From Carcharhinus longimanus (lineage: Eukaryota): a stretch of DNA of 64,000 nucleotides. Each line of letters starts with the position of its first letter. Position 1 is the stretch's first letter. The position numbers and the translations under genes are program-made. Under the pieces are notes generated by a model. It made no database searches. It was not told where the DNA came from and saw only the letters and a program-made list of their open reading frames with translations. Of this stretch, positions 12,607 through 25,352 are shown in pieces. The stretch covers positions 57,068,897 through 57,132,896 of the forward strand of contig JASCQW010000190.1 in NCBI GenBank assembly GCA_030264375.1, read 5' to 3'.

Positions 12607-14001
12607 CAGGAATTCTGAATGCCACAGGAATTCTGCAAACATAATTCAAAACAGATAGATAAATGATATGATGATCTTTTTTATTAGGTCTCAGCAAACA
12701 TTTTCAGTTGGTAAAATAAAATCCAATGGCAATTTCAAGTTATTTAATCAGTAATGCTGAAAGTTATAATAATAATAAAGTTTGCCTACCTTGTTTTATC
12801 ACCTCTTACAAGAATAGGAATTTAAAGGAACAAAATTATGGCCAGTTTCTGTGAATTCTATTCAATATAGAGTGGCCATTAAAGATGCACAAGATTGATC
12901 TACTTAGAGTAAATTTGTATTTACATTTCTGCGTAAAACATCTACTGTTAGTAAGCTTTGCTATTGAATTAAATTCTCTCATCAGGAAAATAGTTTTAAA
13001 TAAATTGGTTTACGAAGTTTAATACTGTTTATCCATCATATACAGATATAATTGTAATTGATTCACTAACAAAAAATTAATTGTGCTAAAGATTTAAAAC
13101 GACAATAAATTTCCGTACATTAAAAAGATTTATGATACCATGGATAAAATGAGATTTCTAAGTTCAAGTAACAAAATTTGTAATTTGATAAGTGTGCTAC
13201 TACACATTACAGAGAAATGCTGCCTAGGATTCAAAAATACTTGCACATTCTTCTTTTTTTGTATACAGATGTTTTGTTCTTTATCCATTTCACAGGAAAA
13301 ATGGCTACTTTCCTATTGGATTGAACATGTTTACAGATATAATGTGGACCCTTTGCTAATAATAATGAATAGCTGGTTTCATTTCTTTCTCAGAGCATTG
13401 AAAAGATTTAAAATATCCACAGAAAATGTGCTGTAAGTTACATATATTGTGCAAAATAAACTGTCACTTTAATATTGCAATTTAAAGTAGAACTATGGTA
13501 TTATCAATACCAGCAGCTACAAAATCATTGATTCTCATCAGATTATTTGGATACAATAAATTTTAAACACTCCTTGCTAAATCAGTGTGTGTAATCTTGC
13601 AGAATTGAGTAAAATCACATTATTGCTATTTGATCTTAATTCAACATCTGTTACCTTGCTTGGTGTATGTAAATTAACAGATTAGATTTAGAAAGGGATA
13701 TAAACTGGGAAATATATTAATTTTATAGAAGTAATATTCTATGGAAATATATAGCCATTTTGTATACCTCCCAGATAAAGCTTATGCAACTTGCATGATA
13801 CACGAAATGCAAAGATTATGAAATGCACCTGAAAAGATAGTTTTAGAATGGGACATATCACCATAACTAACTTATTAGTTTTGAATAGTAAGGGCCAAGT
13901 ACAAACTTGTAAAGCAATATAAAGTAATAAGTAGATAACTACATATTTAAAATGTAAAATCACAAACACTGACTTTCAAATTACAGATATAAAATCTAAA
14001 T

Positions 14002-14101
14002 NNNNNNNNNNNNNNNNNNNNNNNNNNNNNNNNNNNNNNNNNNNNNNNNNNNNNNNNNNNNNNNNNNNNNNNNNNNNNNNNNNNNNNNNNNNNNNNNNNN
14101 N
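14002..14101. other. Assembly gap (100 N); further gaps at 19325-19424, 45529-45628, 48739-48838 and 59856-59955
   Basis: Runs of exactly 100 N; four of the five lie in or beside young CR1/HE1 copies. Confidence 0.99.
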
Positions 14102-14233
14102 ATTAAATTCCATCTGCCATTTCTCTGCCCAATATACCAGCCTATCTATATCCTGCTGTATTGCCTGACACTGCTCATTACTATCAGCAAGTCCAGCCAT
14201 CTTCGTGTCATCTGCAAACTTGCTGATCACACC
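14102..14233 (-). mobile_element. CR1 RT fragment (young, continues into gap)
   Basis: ISKFADDTKMAGLADSNEQCQAIQQDIDRLVYWAEKWQMEFN. Confidence 0.9.
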
Positions 14234-14271
14234 AAATGGGCTGAATGGTCTTCTCCTGCACTGTAGGGATT

Positions 14272-16830
14272 CAATAATTTGTGGGGACTTCAAAGTCACC
14301 ATAAACCCATTGTTATGTGCTGAACATCATCCAGAGCCTCACATTGGAGATCTGTTTGTGGTATTGGCAGGAGATCAGAATTTTAGCAAAATTGACCTGT
14401 GCCAGACCTACTTGCAGATGAATGTAAACAAGAATCCGCAGGATCTTCTGATCACCATGACACAAACAGGCTTGTTCCAATACGGAAGATTGCCATTTGC
14501 TATCATGTGCTTCAAAGGACAATGGATCAGATGCTGAGCGGAGTCCAGTGCTATCTGGATGACATTCTAGTCAATGGAAGATATGAAGAGGAACACCATT
14601 TAAACTTTGCCATTCTCCAGAGATTGGAAGTCTGTGGTCTGAGAGTCCGTTAGGCCAAGTGTGAGTTTTTGCAATCCTTCTTTGCGTATTTGAGACAAGT
14701 GAGGGATGCCACAGGCCTTCATAAATCTCCTAAGGTTCAGGCCATTACAAAGATACCTATACTCAGAATATTAACCAGTTATGTTCCTGCCTGGGATTGT
14801 TGAATTATTATGGAAGATTTGTACCAAATATGGCAACAGTTGTAAAACCCATTACATAACCTCCTGTTCCAGAATAAGATGTAGAAGTGGTCAGATCAAT
14901 TCAATAATACATTCAGGCAAGCCAAAGAAGTGCCACTTCTGAAGCTCCCGTGCACTTTGTTGACATCTCCTGGCTTCTCAGGTGAGATAGAAGTATTTAC
15001 CCACACAGCTTGTGATATATCTCCTTATGGTGTAGGAGCAATGGTCACCCACACCATGCCATTGGGTGAAGAAATGTCTATTGCTTTTGGTTCTCGAACC
15101 TTAAGCAAAGCTGAGAGCAACTATGCCCAGATTAAAAGGGAAATATTGGGGATCATTTTCAGAGTTAAGAAATTCCATCAGTTGCCGTATGGCAGGGGAG
15201 GCAGGGAACTGACAGTCAAGTCTACTTGGTAATGCGGATAGACTTTCAAGATTACTGCTACCATGCATTTCTTCAGACTACTCGAAGGGGAATATCTTCT
15301 ATTTTGAACAAGTAGACAACACACCCGTCACTTGTAGACAAGTGAAAAAGCACACTTGAAGGGATCCTGTGCTCTCAGAAGTGATGGATATGGTTGTACG
15401 AAGACTTCAGAACTAACAGCTAACCTGTTATCCTGACTATGTCAGGATAGTCAGGATGTCTTCTATGGGATCTCACAGTGATTATTCCTCCATCATTGAA
15501 GAAGCAGGTGTTAGAGAAGCTGCATAAGGGCCATTGCAGAGTCGTATGCGTGACAGAAATAGCAAGTTACTCTCGTGGCCTGGACTGGATGTAGAAATTG
15601 AGGAGAAAGCTATAACATGTTCTTTTTGTGCAGAGCTAAGAAACCTGCTACACTTATAATTGCTGTATCCATAAAACTGGCCTAAAGAGGCTTGCCAACG
15701 TGTGCATGTGGATTTTGCAGGACCTTTCAAAGAGCATATGCTCTTAGTAATGGTTGATGCTGACACCAAATGGCCAGAGGTCACTGTGATGACATCTACC
15801 TCATATGAGAAGACTACTGAGGAGCCAGGAGAAGTATTTAGTTGCTTTGGAGTCCCTGAACAGCCAGTTGAACCTCAATTTATCCCTCAGGAATTTGAGA
15901 ACTTCCTAGTAAAAAGGTATTTAACAAGTTACTATTTCACCACATCACCCTGCTACGAATGGACTAGCAGAACCTTTCATCCAAACTCTGAAACACACCC
16001 TGAAAGTAACAAGGTTTGTTTATCAAAGACTTTAACAAATTCTTGCTAGTGTACTGGAATACCATACATTCCACAACTAAGACCACTCCTGCCTCACTCA
16101 CGATAAAAAGGCAGCTCTGTTCCACATTCGATCTTTTAAAATCCCCAAAACAGATTGTGCGACAACAGCAAGCATAAATGGAATGGTGGGAAAGTAAGGC
16201 AAAACTGAGTTTTCCACCAAGGACGAGGAGTTTCAGTTTGGAACAACTCCACAGGGGCGAAGTGGGTTCTTGCTGCTGTCCTTGCACAGACTAGATCTGT
16301 CTCTTCCACTGTCTAAACCAAAGGTGACATTATCTGGAGGAGGCTTGCAGACCAGTTATTGAATGGAAGAACAGACCTGCTAAATCTGGAGCCTGTTGAA
16401 AATTCAGGACAAGTCCTGACTTGAACCTCACTACAACCGCTACACTATCAGACACTGTTGAGGAAAGCAACACCTCGCCTTCTGTTCAGAGCAGAGACAA
16501 CCTCTAGTTCCTACGATGGTTAAACCAACCACTGATGTCAGTGTGAAGATGCCAGAGGTTCCCATTAGTGTGAAGATGGCGACGCCAGAGTTCACCATCA
16601 ACCACTCAGACAGCAGCAATCTACTGACCATCTGCCTTATTAATAATGACTGACTTATTGAGTGTTGTTCATATTGAACTTGTTTTGAACTTGTCTGGGG
16701 ATGTTTGGGGGATGAAATGTTGCATATTTGTGTCTATTCCTATTGGCTCACTGGACTATGTCATATTAATGTATATGCCAGAAGTGATGTAATGGACCTA
16801 GCATGGATGTTAGCATCTATAAGCTCCCAA
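14272..16830 (+). mobile_element. Gypsy pol relic (RT, RNase H, integrase), PPT and 3' LTR
   Basis: ICGDFKVTINP, FSKIDL, YLDDILV, ACDISPYGVGA, AESNYAQIKRE, HVDFAGPF...VDADTKWPE; many stops and frameshifts; PPT ggggatgaaa before TGTTG at 16718. Confidence 0.92.
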
Positions 16831-17079
16831 GGGTGGAAACTACTGGATTTTGCTTGACAAGTTGTATTGTTATAAAGTCAGATTTGGATCCTGCATCTAT
16901 GATCATGGGAACCTGCTCTGGTATGAAGGGAAGGTCACATTATGACTGACCTGAGCTCACTACACTCTCAGTTGCTGTCTGTTAGAGCCTGCACAAAGAT
17001 TGTGCATAAAATAAAATAATTTGTATTTGTATCATGCCATTTACAACCTCAGAACCCAATGTGCTTTACAACCAATTAA

Positions 17080-17364
17080 GTTTAAGTTTATTTATTATTG
17101 TCACCAGTAGGCTTACATTAACACTGCAATGGAGTTACTGTGAAAATCCCCCAGTCGCCACACTCGGTACACTGAGGGAAAATTTAGCATGGCCAATGCA
17201 CCTAACCAGCACACTTTGGACTGTGGGAGGAAACTGGAGTACGTGGAGGAAACCCACGCAGACACAGGGAGAACATGCAAACTCTGCATAGACAGTGACT
17301 CAAGCCAGGAATTGAACCTGGGTCCCTGATGCTGTGAGGCAGCAGTGCTAACCACTATGCCACT
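17080..17364 (-). mobile_element. V-SINE inserted in a Deu-domain SINE
   Basis: Full head and tail; TSD caattaa at 17073-17079 and 17365-17371. Confidence 0.88.
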
Positions 17365-17594
17365 CAATTAATCATCTTTGAACTGAAATCATTTTTGTAG
17401 TGTAGGAAATGTGGCAGGCAAATTGTACACAGCACAATCCCACAAACAACTGAAAGATAATGACCAGATCTGTGTACTATTGATGCTGCTTTGGAGATAA
17501 ATATTGACCAGGGAGAAATCTCCTCTTCAAAACTGTGCCAAGCAGCATAAATATGTGTATTCTAACTCTCCATTATGTGGAACTATACACCTGA

Positions 17595-17785
17595 TAGCAT
17601 CTGGAAATACTCAGCAAGTGACAGCATCTGTGGAGTGAGAAACAGAAGTCAACATTTCAGGTCCCTTTCTGACGAAAGGTCGTTTGCCTGTAATGTTAAA
17701 CTGTGTGTCCTCTTTGCCTGGCTTGCTGAACATTTCCAGCATGTTCTTGTTTGATTTCCTTATCTGCAGTATTTTCCATTTTGTT
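17595..17785. mobile_element. Penelope pLTR-derived fold-back remnant
   Basis: Inverted pLTR halves (ctggaaatactcagcaag...cttgctgaacatttccag); CTGACGA at 17669-17675. Confidence 0.6.
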
Positions 17786-19224
17786 TTGCTCATTGATTGG
17801 CAAAGTATATTCCTCATGCTGTGCCAGATGAGAGAAACACAAGACTTTATTGTCTGCACATATATACTGCGTCCTATTTTGTTGAACCTCTTTGTCCAGC
17901 TTCTGGACGGGAGCTGTGCGAGTATGTTCTGGGTGGTTGATAGGGGATTTTGTGTGTAATCTAATTGGGGGAATGGCTCATCTCCTTCCACTCTCCGTCA
18001 CACCATTGCCTCAGGATTGGCTTCCTTCCCCTTCATTTGCCTGTGCAGGATATGGCTCACAAATTCACTCCTACTTCACTGAGGTCTCGCAATCAAGTGT
18101 GAATAGGGTGACTACAGTGAGCCAGGATGATGGGCGGGCAACCCCCTCCACCCAGCCTGGCAATGGAATCCTCCTGACATTGCTTCCCGTGCTTCGATCA
18201 GCGTTACCAGGGAGACCGTGCTGTGGTGACACAAGCTGCAAGCAGAGTTGATTGTTTAATTAATCTGTCAGTTTAAATGCAGAGACGCTGATTTTTCACA
18301 CAGGCCGAGGAACAATTACTATGGTCAGGGTATAATGAATGCAGGTGTTCTGTGACTTGGCTTCTCAGGGAATGTGGCTCCTTTTCTGATCTGTCAAATT
18401 ACACTTTGATCATGATTAATGGAAGTGTGGGATAATTTAGCTGAAGGAATATGGAATATCTTTACCTAATATTACAATCCATTTTAATTTTTTAAAACCA
18501 TGTTAATGCTCCTTCTCTATAGGAGGGTGTTCTTTCAGCTAACTCAGAAACCTTTATGCATACTTGCTCCATGTCTGGTGTAGTAGCTTCCGTGTTAGTG
18601 TGAATTTCTCTGGATCAGTTGGCGTAGGAAGGGTTGGTAAAACCATCAGTGGGAAAAACTGGAGACTTCTGGGATTTTTCTTCACAATGAGTGGACCATG
18701 GTTAGAGAGCAATCTTTGGAAACTTCCCGATCCTGTTATTCCATCCGCAGGTCAATAGTTACAGAGAAGTGTGGGTGTTCCGCCATTGTTCACTGCAAAT
18801 TTTGGGCCTATTGTGCTGTGAAGATGATAGAGATAAATGCACCATGTAAATTCCCAACCTCGACCAAGCCACCCAAGTAATGTTGGGTGAAAGCTCTCAT
18901 GGTGGGGGGTGCGGCGGGGAGGCAGGAAGTGAATCCCAAGTTTAATGGCCACTCCTTCCAAGCCATGTGTGAACTTTTAAGCAATTTAAATAGCATTGAT
19001 CGAGACTCGATGCACGTTGCTTTTGCTCTTAGCCACTAGAGAAGTGTGTATAACATGAGAAGGGAAGTTCCATTGGGAGTACATGTATGACATTGATAGT
19101 ACAGCTGATGTTGCATCTGTTGTGGTCAGGACATTCTCAGCAGCCTGCATGGAATCCTTGGAGAAAATTCTTTCCATTCAGGAAGGACAAGAGTTTTTGA
19201 CCCACAGTTGAAAGCAATTACGCA

Positions 19225-19512
19225 AGGATATTTTGGCCTTGGAGGAATGCAGAGGAGGTTTACTAGGCTGATGCCAGAGTTGAGGGGGTTGAGCTATGAG
19301 GAGAGGCTGAATAAACTAGGCTTGNNNNNNNNNNNNNNNNNNNNNNNNNNNNNNNNNNNNNNNNNNNNNNNNNNNNNNNNNNNNNNNNNNNNNNNNNNNN
19401 NNNNNNNNNNNNNNNNNNNNNNNNTCAGCCATGATCTTATTGAATGGCGGGGCAGGCTCGAAGGGCCAGATGGCCTACTCCTGCTCCTATTTCTTATGTT
19501 TCTTATTTCTTA
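19225..19512 (+). mobile_element. CR1 3' end spanning a gap
   Basis: QRRFTRLMPELRGLSYEERLNKLGL and tail tggcctactcctgctcctatt(tcttatgt)n. Confidence 0.9.
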
Positions 19513-20201
19513 TGAATGTTGAATCATTTGAGCTTTTGTGATGACGTTTCTTAGACTGAAGAAAGACAGAGGGAGCATTACTGCTTGAAGACTTCATGTA
19601 TGTTCGATGGATTTGAACAAACATAATAACACTTTATGTAAATTGACACTGTGTAATGACTTTTAGCCGAGGTAAGTTTGGTTCAGTCTCAATGGACTGA
19701 AAATGCTGGAGAAGTCGCACTTAAATTCTGAAATGCTTGCATTAATTGTAGAACTTCGGACAAGTGCGCTGCCGCTTCATGTCTGTTCATCGTGATTTAA
19801 GCAGGGAATAAGATTGTAAAAAAGTGAACCATGATCAATATACCCAACAGTGAGCGATTGCACATACCCTGCAACTCAACCCAGTGGGCACTTGGACAAG
19901 GTCATCTCTTTTAATCTTGGTTTACATTGAGAGGGGCCCATATTGTTCAAGCCTAACCTCTGGATATGCTTTCTCATGATCTTTCTTTGCTTGGATGATT
20001 GCCTTTTCCATAACTCCACTCTATTTCAAGGTGCATAAAGGAAATCAAGTTGACATCGCAAGTACTAACATTAATTATTTAAAAGTGCAATTTTAAGTGC
20101 AATTTAAAAATGAAAAGCAAGGTTCTTCCACTCTTACTCAGAATAATATTTCATTCCAAATGGAAAGCAGTGGGAGGAGGTCGAATTAACCTTTAATAGG
20201 A

Positions 20202-20575
20202 GAGGCAGTGATGTAGTGGTATTGTCACTTAACTAGCAATCTGGAGACCCAAGATAATGCTCTGGGGACCCATGTTCAAATCCCACCAGGACAGATGGTA
20301 AAATTTAAATTCAATAATAATCTGGAATTAAAAAGTCTAATGATGACTGAAACCATTCTTTATCGTCATAATTACCCATCTGGTTCACTAATATTCTTTC
20401 GAAAGTATAATCTGTTGTCCTTGCCTACACGTGACTCTAAATAGATTCACAGCAAAGTAGTTGACTCTTACATGTTCTCTGAAGTGGCCTAGTAAGCCAC
20501 TCAGATCAAGGGCAATTAGGGATGGACAATAAATACTGACCCAGACAGCGGTGCTCAGATCCCATTAATGGATAA
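20202..20575 (+). mobile_element. tRNA-headed SINE (family T), full length
   Basis: A box tgatgtagtgg, B box gttcaaatcc, body, and LINE-shared tail caagggcaattagggatggacaataaat. Confidence 0.82.
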
Positions 20576-21024
20576 AAGTCATCATCCCTGCAGTCATCAT
20601 CCCTATTTGAAAATTCTTCTTGCTACTTTCAACCCCTTAAGGGCTAGTCCTGGGGAATTCTTTGGCAACTGGACCACATGGTACCAGCCATCTTTCATTA
20701 TCTTAACTACAAGGTTATCCTTTTTGAGTTAGATGATGAGTGTCAGCAGGTTGTGACTATGGAAGTTACCACAGCCAAGCGTGACTTCCAGTCATTCAAG
20801 GTGCCCCACTGCCACCTCAAGCCAGTTAGGATAGGAGTTGAACTGGTGCCTGCATTTCCAAAAATTAAAACTTAAATATTTAACAGAATGCAGTGAGTTG
20901 CAGGATGTCAGTTGTTTTACATCCTCATGGTCTAAATGTCAGAGGCATAGTCTAAAGATCAGAAACAAGAGTGAAATTAGGAAACACTTCACACCATGAA
21001 ACTCTCTTCTGGAAATGGCACTTT

Positions 21025-21445
21025 TAAAAAATTTATTTACCAGACATGGGCATCGCTGGCTAGGCAGCATTTATTGTCCATCCTTAATTGCTGTTGAGAA
21101 GGTGGTGGTGAGCTGCCTTCTTAAGCTGCTATTAGGGAGGGAGTTTCTTATTGTTTTCTTTATAGTCGTTGAATACAACTGAGTAGCCGTTTCAGAGGGC
21201 ATTTAAGAGTCTACCACTTTGTGGGGGGGCCTGGAGCCACGTGTAGGCCAGACCAGGTATTTAGATTGGTTTTTACGGCAATTGACAATAGTTTCATGAT
21301 CATTGGATTTTTAATTCTAGATGTTTTTATTGAATTTAAATTCCACCATCAGCTGTGGTGGAATTTGAACCCAGGTTCCAGAGCATTACTCAGATCTCTA
21401 GATTACTTGTCCTGTAACAATAACCCTATGCCACCACCTCCCCTT
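21025..21445 (-). mobile_element. Family-T SINE with longer LINE tail, inserted in a CR1 tail (20930-21590)
   Basis: Head at 21445 and an extended tail gagaaggtggtggtgagctgccttc; CR1 3'UTR resumes on both sides. Confidence 0.72.
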
Positions 21446-23964
21446 GATGCAAGATCAGTTGTAATTTGTAAAACTGAAATTAATACATTTTTGTTAACCA
21501 AAGATATTAAGACAAGTGGCGCAGAGGCAAGTATGTGGAGTTAGATCACAGGTCAGCTATGATCCCATCGAATGGCAGAACAGGCTGGAGAAACTTGGTT
21601 ATTCGAGCGCGCTGAGATGAAGTGCCTCGCTGTCCTGACTCTCATTCATAGAAAGCACACGTTCAATCTCTTTGGTCTGTATGGCTGTTGGTGAGGTAAC
21701 ATACTTGAAACTGGAATAGTTTTCGATGTAGTTGATGTAGTGCGCAAATGTAGGTCTTGAATGTGGACCAAAGTAGCACCTTTATTGTGATGCAAATAAC
21801 GGAATGTTTGGGTGCCTGGATTAATAAATGTCTGCAATGTCCACTGTCTCAATCTGAAAGATGATGGTCATTGATCTATTACTGGCATCCATCTAGAGAT
21901 AAATAACTTCATAGTAACTGATGCTGAACGAAAGGAAAGATTTTTAATTGGAAGGGGGAATCCATGAGTAGTCATCAACAATGTGATGTGATTTTGCAAC
22001 AGAAGGTAATTGTGCTGTCTGGCTCTTGTTTCCTTATTCATTTCTGAGATTTGAGCTTTATTAACAATTTGTTGCCCATCCCTAATTACTTTTGAAAAAG
22101 TGCTGGTGAACTGCCTTCTGGAGCTACTGTAGTCCATCTTCAAAAGCTGTTAGGGATGGCCAAAAGCTTGATCCAAAATATGGGCTGTTAGGAATGTGTT
22201 AAAGTATGAGGGTGAGGTGAAGGAGGTTTTGGGACAAGAATTGAAGTGGTTCTATTGCCTTGGGGTTATTCCAATATTATTGGAGATGGGAAAGATTCAT
22301 GTGGGGGAATTGAGCACTGGTATGTAAGACAGCATCACATTCAAACATTTTTGAAAGCAGTGTACTGGTGGTGAACAAAGAATTATAGAGCCTTTGAGAA
22401 GGGCAGCAATGAAATGGCAGGGAATAGTTAAAAAGACAGTTACAATTTGTGGTCAGGAAAGAACATTGGTGTCCAGTTTGGTAGGAATGGGGTCAAGGAA
22501 GCAGGAGGTTGGTTTAATGGACAAGATGGGACAGAACTAGGGAATAATTGTGGGCTGGGTGGTGAGGAAATTTGGTTTTATAAAAGTGGTTTGGGAGAAG
22601 AAGCTCAATGGACAGTCTCTATGATAGCGCCAGATGATCCAGATGCATTTAAAACATTGAAGGAGGCTGTTGATGGCAAGAAAAGCAGCGCTTCCTTTTG
22701 TCCTTCAGAATGACCCTAGAATAGTAAGTAGTCAGTTTTGGTGCAAGCAAGTGAGGACTTGATGTGGCAGAGTTAGACTTGGTCATCATGACTGAATGCC
22801 GCAGTGATCCAACTCAAAAACAACCTAAGGTCTGGGAATGTGTCAGTCTTTTGTTGCAAGCCATCTATTAAAAACAAACTCAGCATTGACAGGTCTCATT
22901 TGACTGCTCTACACTTGAATGTCATCGACACTCTAGTTGCCAGGAGTGTGTGTGTTCTGGATATCACATAAGGATCCAGTGACAAGTCAGAGATCACATG
23001 ATTAGTCATGGAGTCACAATCCCGTGCAAGGTACTGCTCGATATCAGACCTTGCACATATCCCAGATGTGATTCTCTGAACAAAATAGAAACCTTAAGCA
23101 GCAGCAATTACTGGACTTTTTCTCCAAAGCAACTGTTGTCTTTAATAGCTCATAATAAACATGAAGACCTTATCTCGCTCATCAATTCATTTGGATAAAC
23201 ATTCTGTGCATTTCTCTGTCCCACTGCTTTCATGTTAATCTTGTCAAATGTTTTGCTCCTGTTTGCTTTGAATACTTCAATTTGCATCTAGCTTTGTGAA
23301 GAACAGATTATCATTTTGTTTAATTCCACTGATGTGCAGTAGTTGCTCTCATGTTGGCTTTTAGATGACAGTTCTACCTAATTTACAATTCCTATTTAGC
23401 AGTCTGTTTTGGCTGATATTTCTGCTGTTTCAAGGTAAAGGATCTCAATAGTTTAATGTTTGCATGATGGATGCTTTTCAGTTTTCGGTCTCTAGTTTCA
23501 TCATCTGGCACTCCACAGTCAGGTTTAATATAAATGTGAAATGAAGATCGATCTCTCTCTGTTCCCTCAACAGTGTACCTCAATGCCAAGAATTTGCTGC
23601 TGTGACATTTTCTCATTCTCACACCTTTGGGAAATATGTCAGGTTGAACACAGCTCTATGCTTGGGCCATGTGTCCATTGGGAAATGGTTTGACCATGAA
23701 ATGGTCTTAATCCCACTAAAATCGCCAAAGTGCAGCATGCTGACCTAGTACAACACAGCATTTGTTTTCAGGGACTCGGCCATTACTGATTTGCCTTCAT
23801 GTCCTGCTTTACAGATCATTGACAGTTTGTTTGTAGCAAAATTCTACCTCTGACTTCAGCATGATAGGCCACTGCAGCTTTAAAATGTGGGTCTGTGCCT
23901 GCCTGTGAGCCATCTATTCATTCATGATGGGTAGCGGGAATGAGTGGAAGATGGTAGGATGTTT

Positions 23965-24075
23965 GTTAGGAGACTGAATCCCATTAGATTTTACACCATT
24001 AAATACATAGCCCATCAAGTTAGGAGACTGAATCCCATTAGATTTTACACCATTAAATACATAGCCCATCAAGTT
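23965..24075 (+). repeat. Exact 54-bp tandem duplication
   Basis: gttaggagactgaatcccattagattttacaccattaaatacatagcccatcaa at 23965 and 24019. Confidence 0.97.
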
Positions 24076-25219
24076 TCTGTGTTACACATATCACAAGAAC
24101 AGATTATATTTTGTTTATAACACTTGTGCAATACATTGATGCACCTTTAACAAACCTCCCCCCAGCTTGTAAACTTTGGGAGCTGTGACCTCAGTCCAAA
24201 TCAGTGTCATTAGATGCATTTAGTGTCGAGGCTGCAGTAACACTATGTAAAGTCACTGTTAGATCGTCAAACTTCAGTGTCATATAACAATCGTGTGAGA
24301 TTTTAATTAATTGCCCAGTTTGATCCCTTTCTGTGTTACTCTAGTCTTGGAGTTAGAGGATAGTTCTTATGAGTGATTCCTCAAAGTAGACTTCACAACA
24401 TGTATGTTAGGTATTCAGATTTATTAAAATGCAAACAGTTATTTCCAACAATATTAGAAATGAAATCTAAACTGAACAGCAAAACTTAAGACAAAAGCCT
24501 GCTTTAGCCAGGAAATTCAAAATGTGTTACAGCTCATTAGGTATGGTTGCTTGCCAGAACTTTGAATTAGCTATTTCCCCCAAGATCCACCCCATCCGTT
24601 TTCACAACTGGTATGTGACAATTCTCATGTTCCATAGCATTACCCACACATAGTTATCATTCAATACTGATTTGATTGCCCTGTCCTTGGATCCACCCAA
24701 ATATAACTTTTCCGATCAGTGATCTTTCTCAGCCAGGTGCTTCTGCAAAGCCTTTCAAATGAACAGTTTTTCTGTCTGAGCAACAACTCAGCTATTAGCT
24801 AAAGTTCTCTGGATGACATATCTTCCAGTTCTATTTTATTGTTGAAACTTGTTTTTCACTGAACTTTATAGATAATAAAACAAAGCAAGCTTTTATTACA
24901 ATTGTTTTTAACAGACTCAATTAATGGAAAGGCTAAAAATTAATGTTGATACAATATCAAGATTAACTCTTTCTTAATTAGAGTTTGAATAGCTCTTACC
25001 AGTTATAACTCCAACTGGAAGATAAAGTGGGAAGGAATTGCATTGCGTCAGTGGAGCTTTTACCTGTCACTTTGTCTCACTGACCTTGTTCCATATACCC
25101 ACAGCTAAGTTCAGGAAAAAAACCTCTGGAAACTTCCTTCCCAAAATAATCAGGGTGGTGAGTTTTAGCTTTTGCTGAGAGATTCAATTCACCTGTGTTA
25201 ACATTTTTTGGTGCTCTAG

Positions 25220-25352
25220 GGCCTCGAACGTTGGAATGTTCCCCCTCAACTCCCACCATGAACTCTTATTTCTTCAAGTTCATGATCAACTTGCTGAAGC
25301 AGTTCAACACTGAGAAGAGGCTGCTGGAAATACGAGGAGCCTTCATCATCCG
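25220..25352 (+). CDS. VAC14: VAC14 (PIKfyve complex scaffold) internal coding exon, 133 nt
   Basis: ctctag|...|gtaggt; translates (G)[44 protein letters not shown], matching vertebrate VAC14 [41 protein letters not shown] as recalled. Confidence 0.95.

Noticed and set aside
12604-12635. ccacaggaattctg direct repeat
   Set aside because: Two copies of 14 bp at a SINE edge; simple slippage or insertion scar
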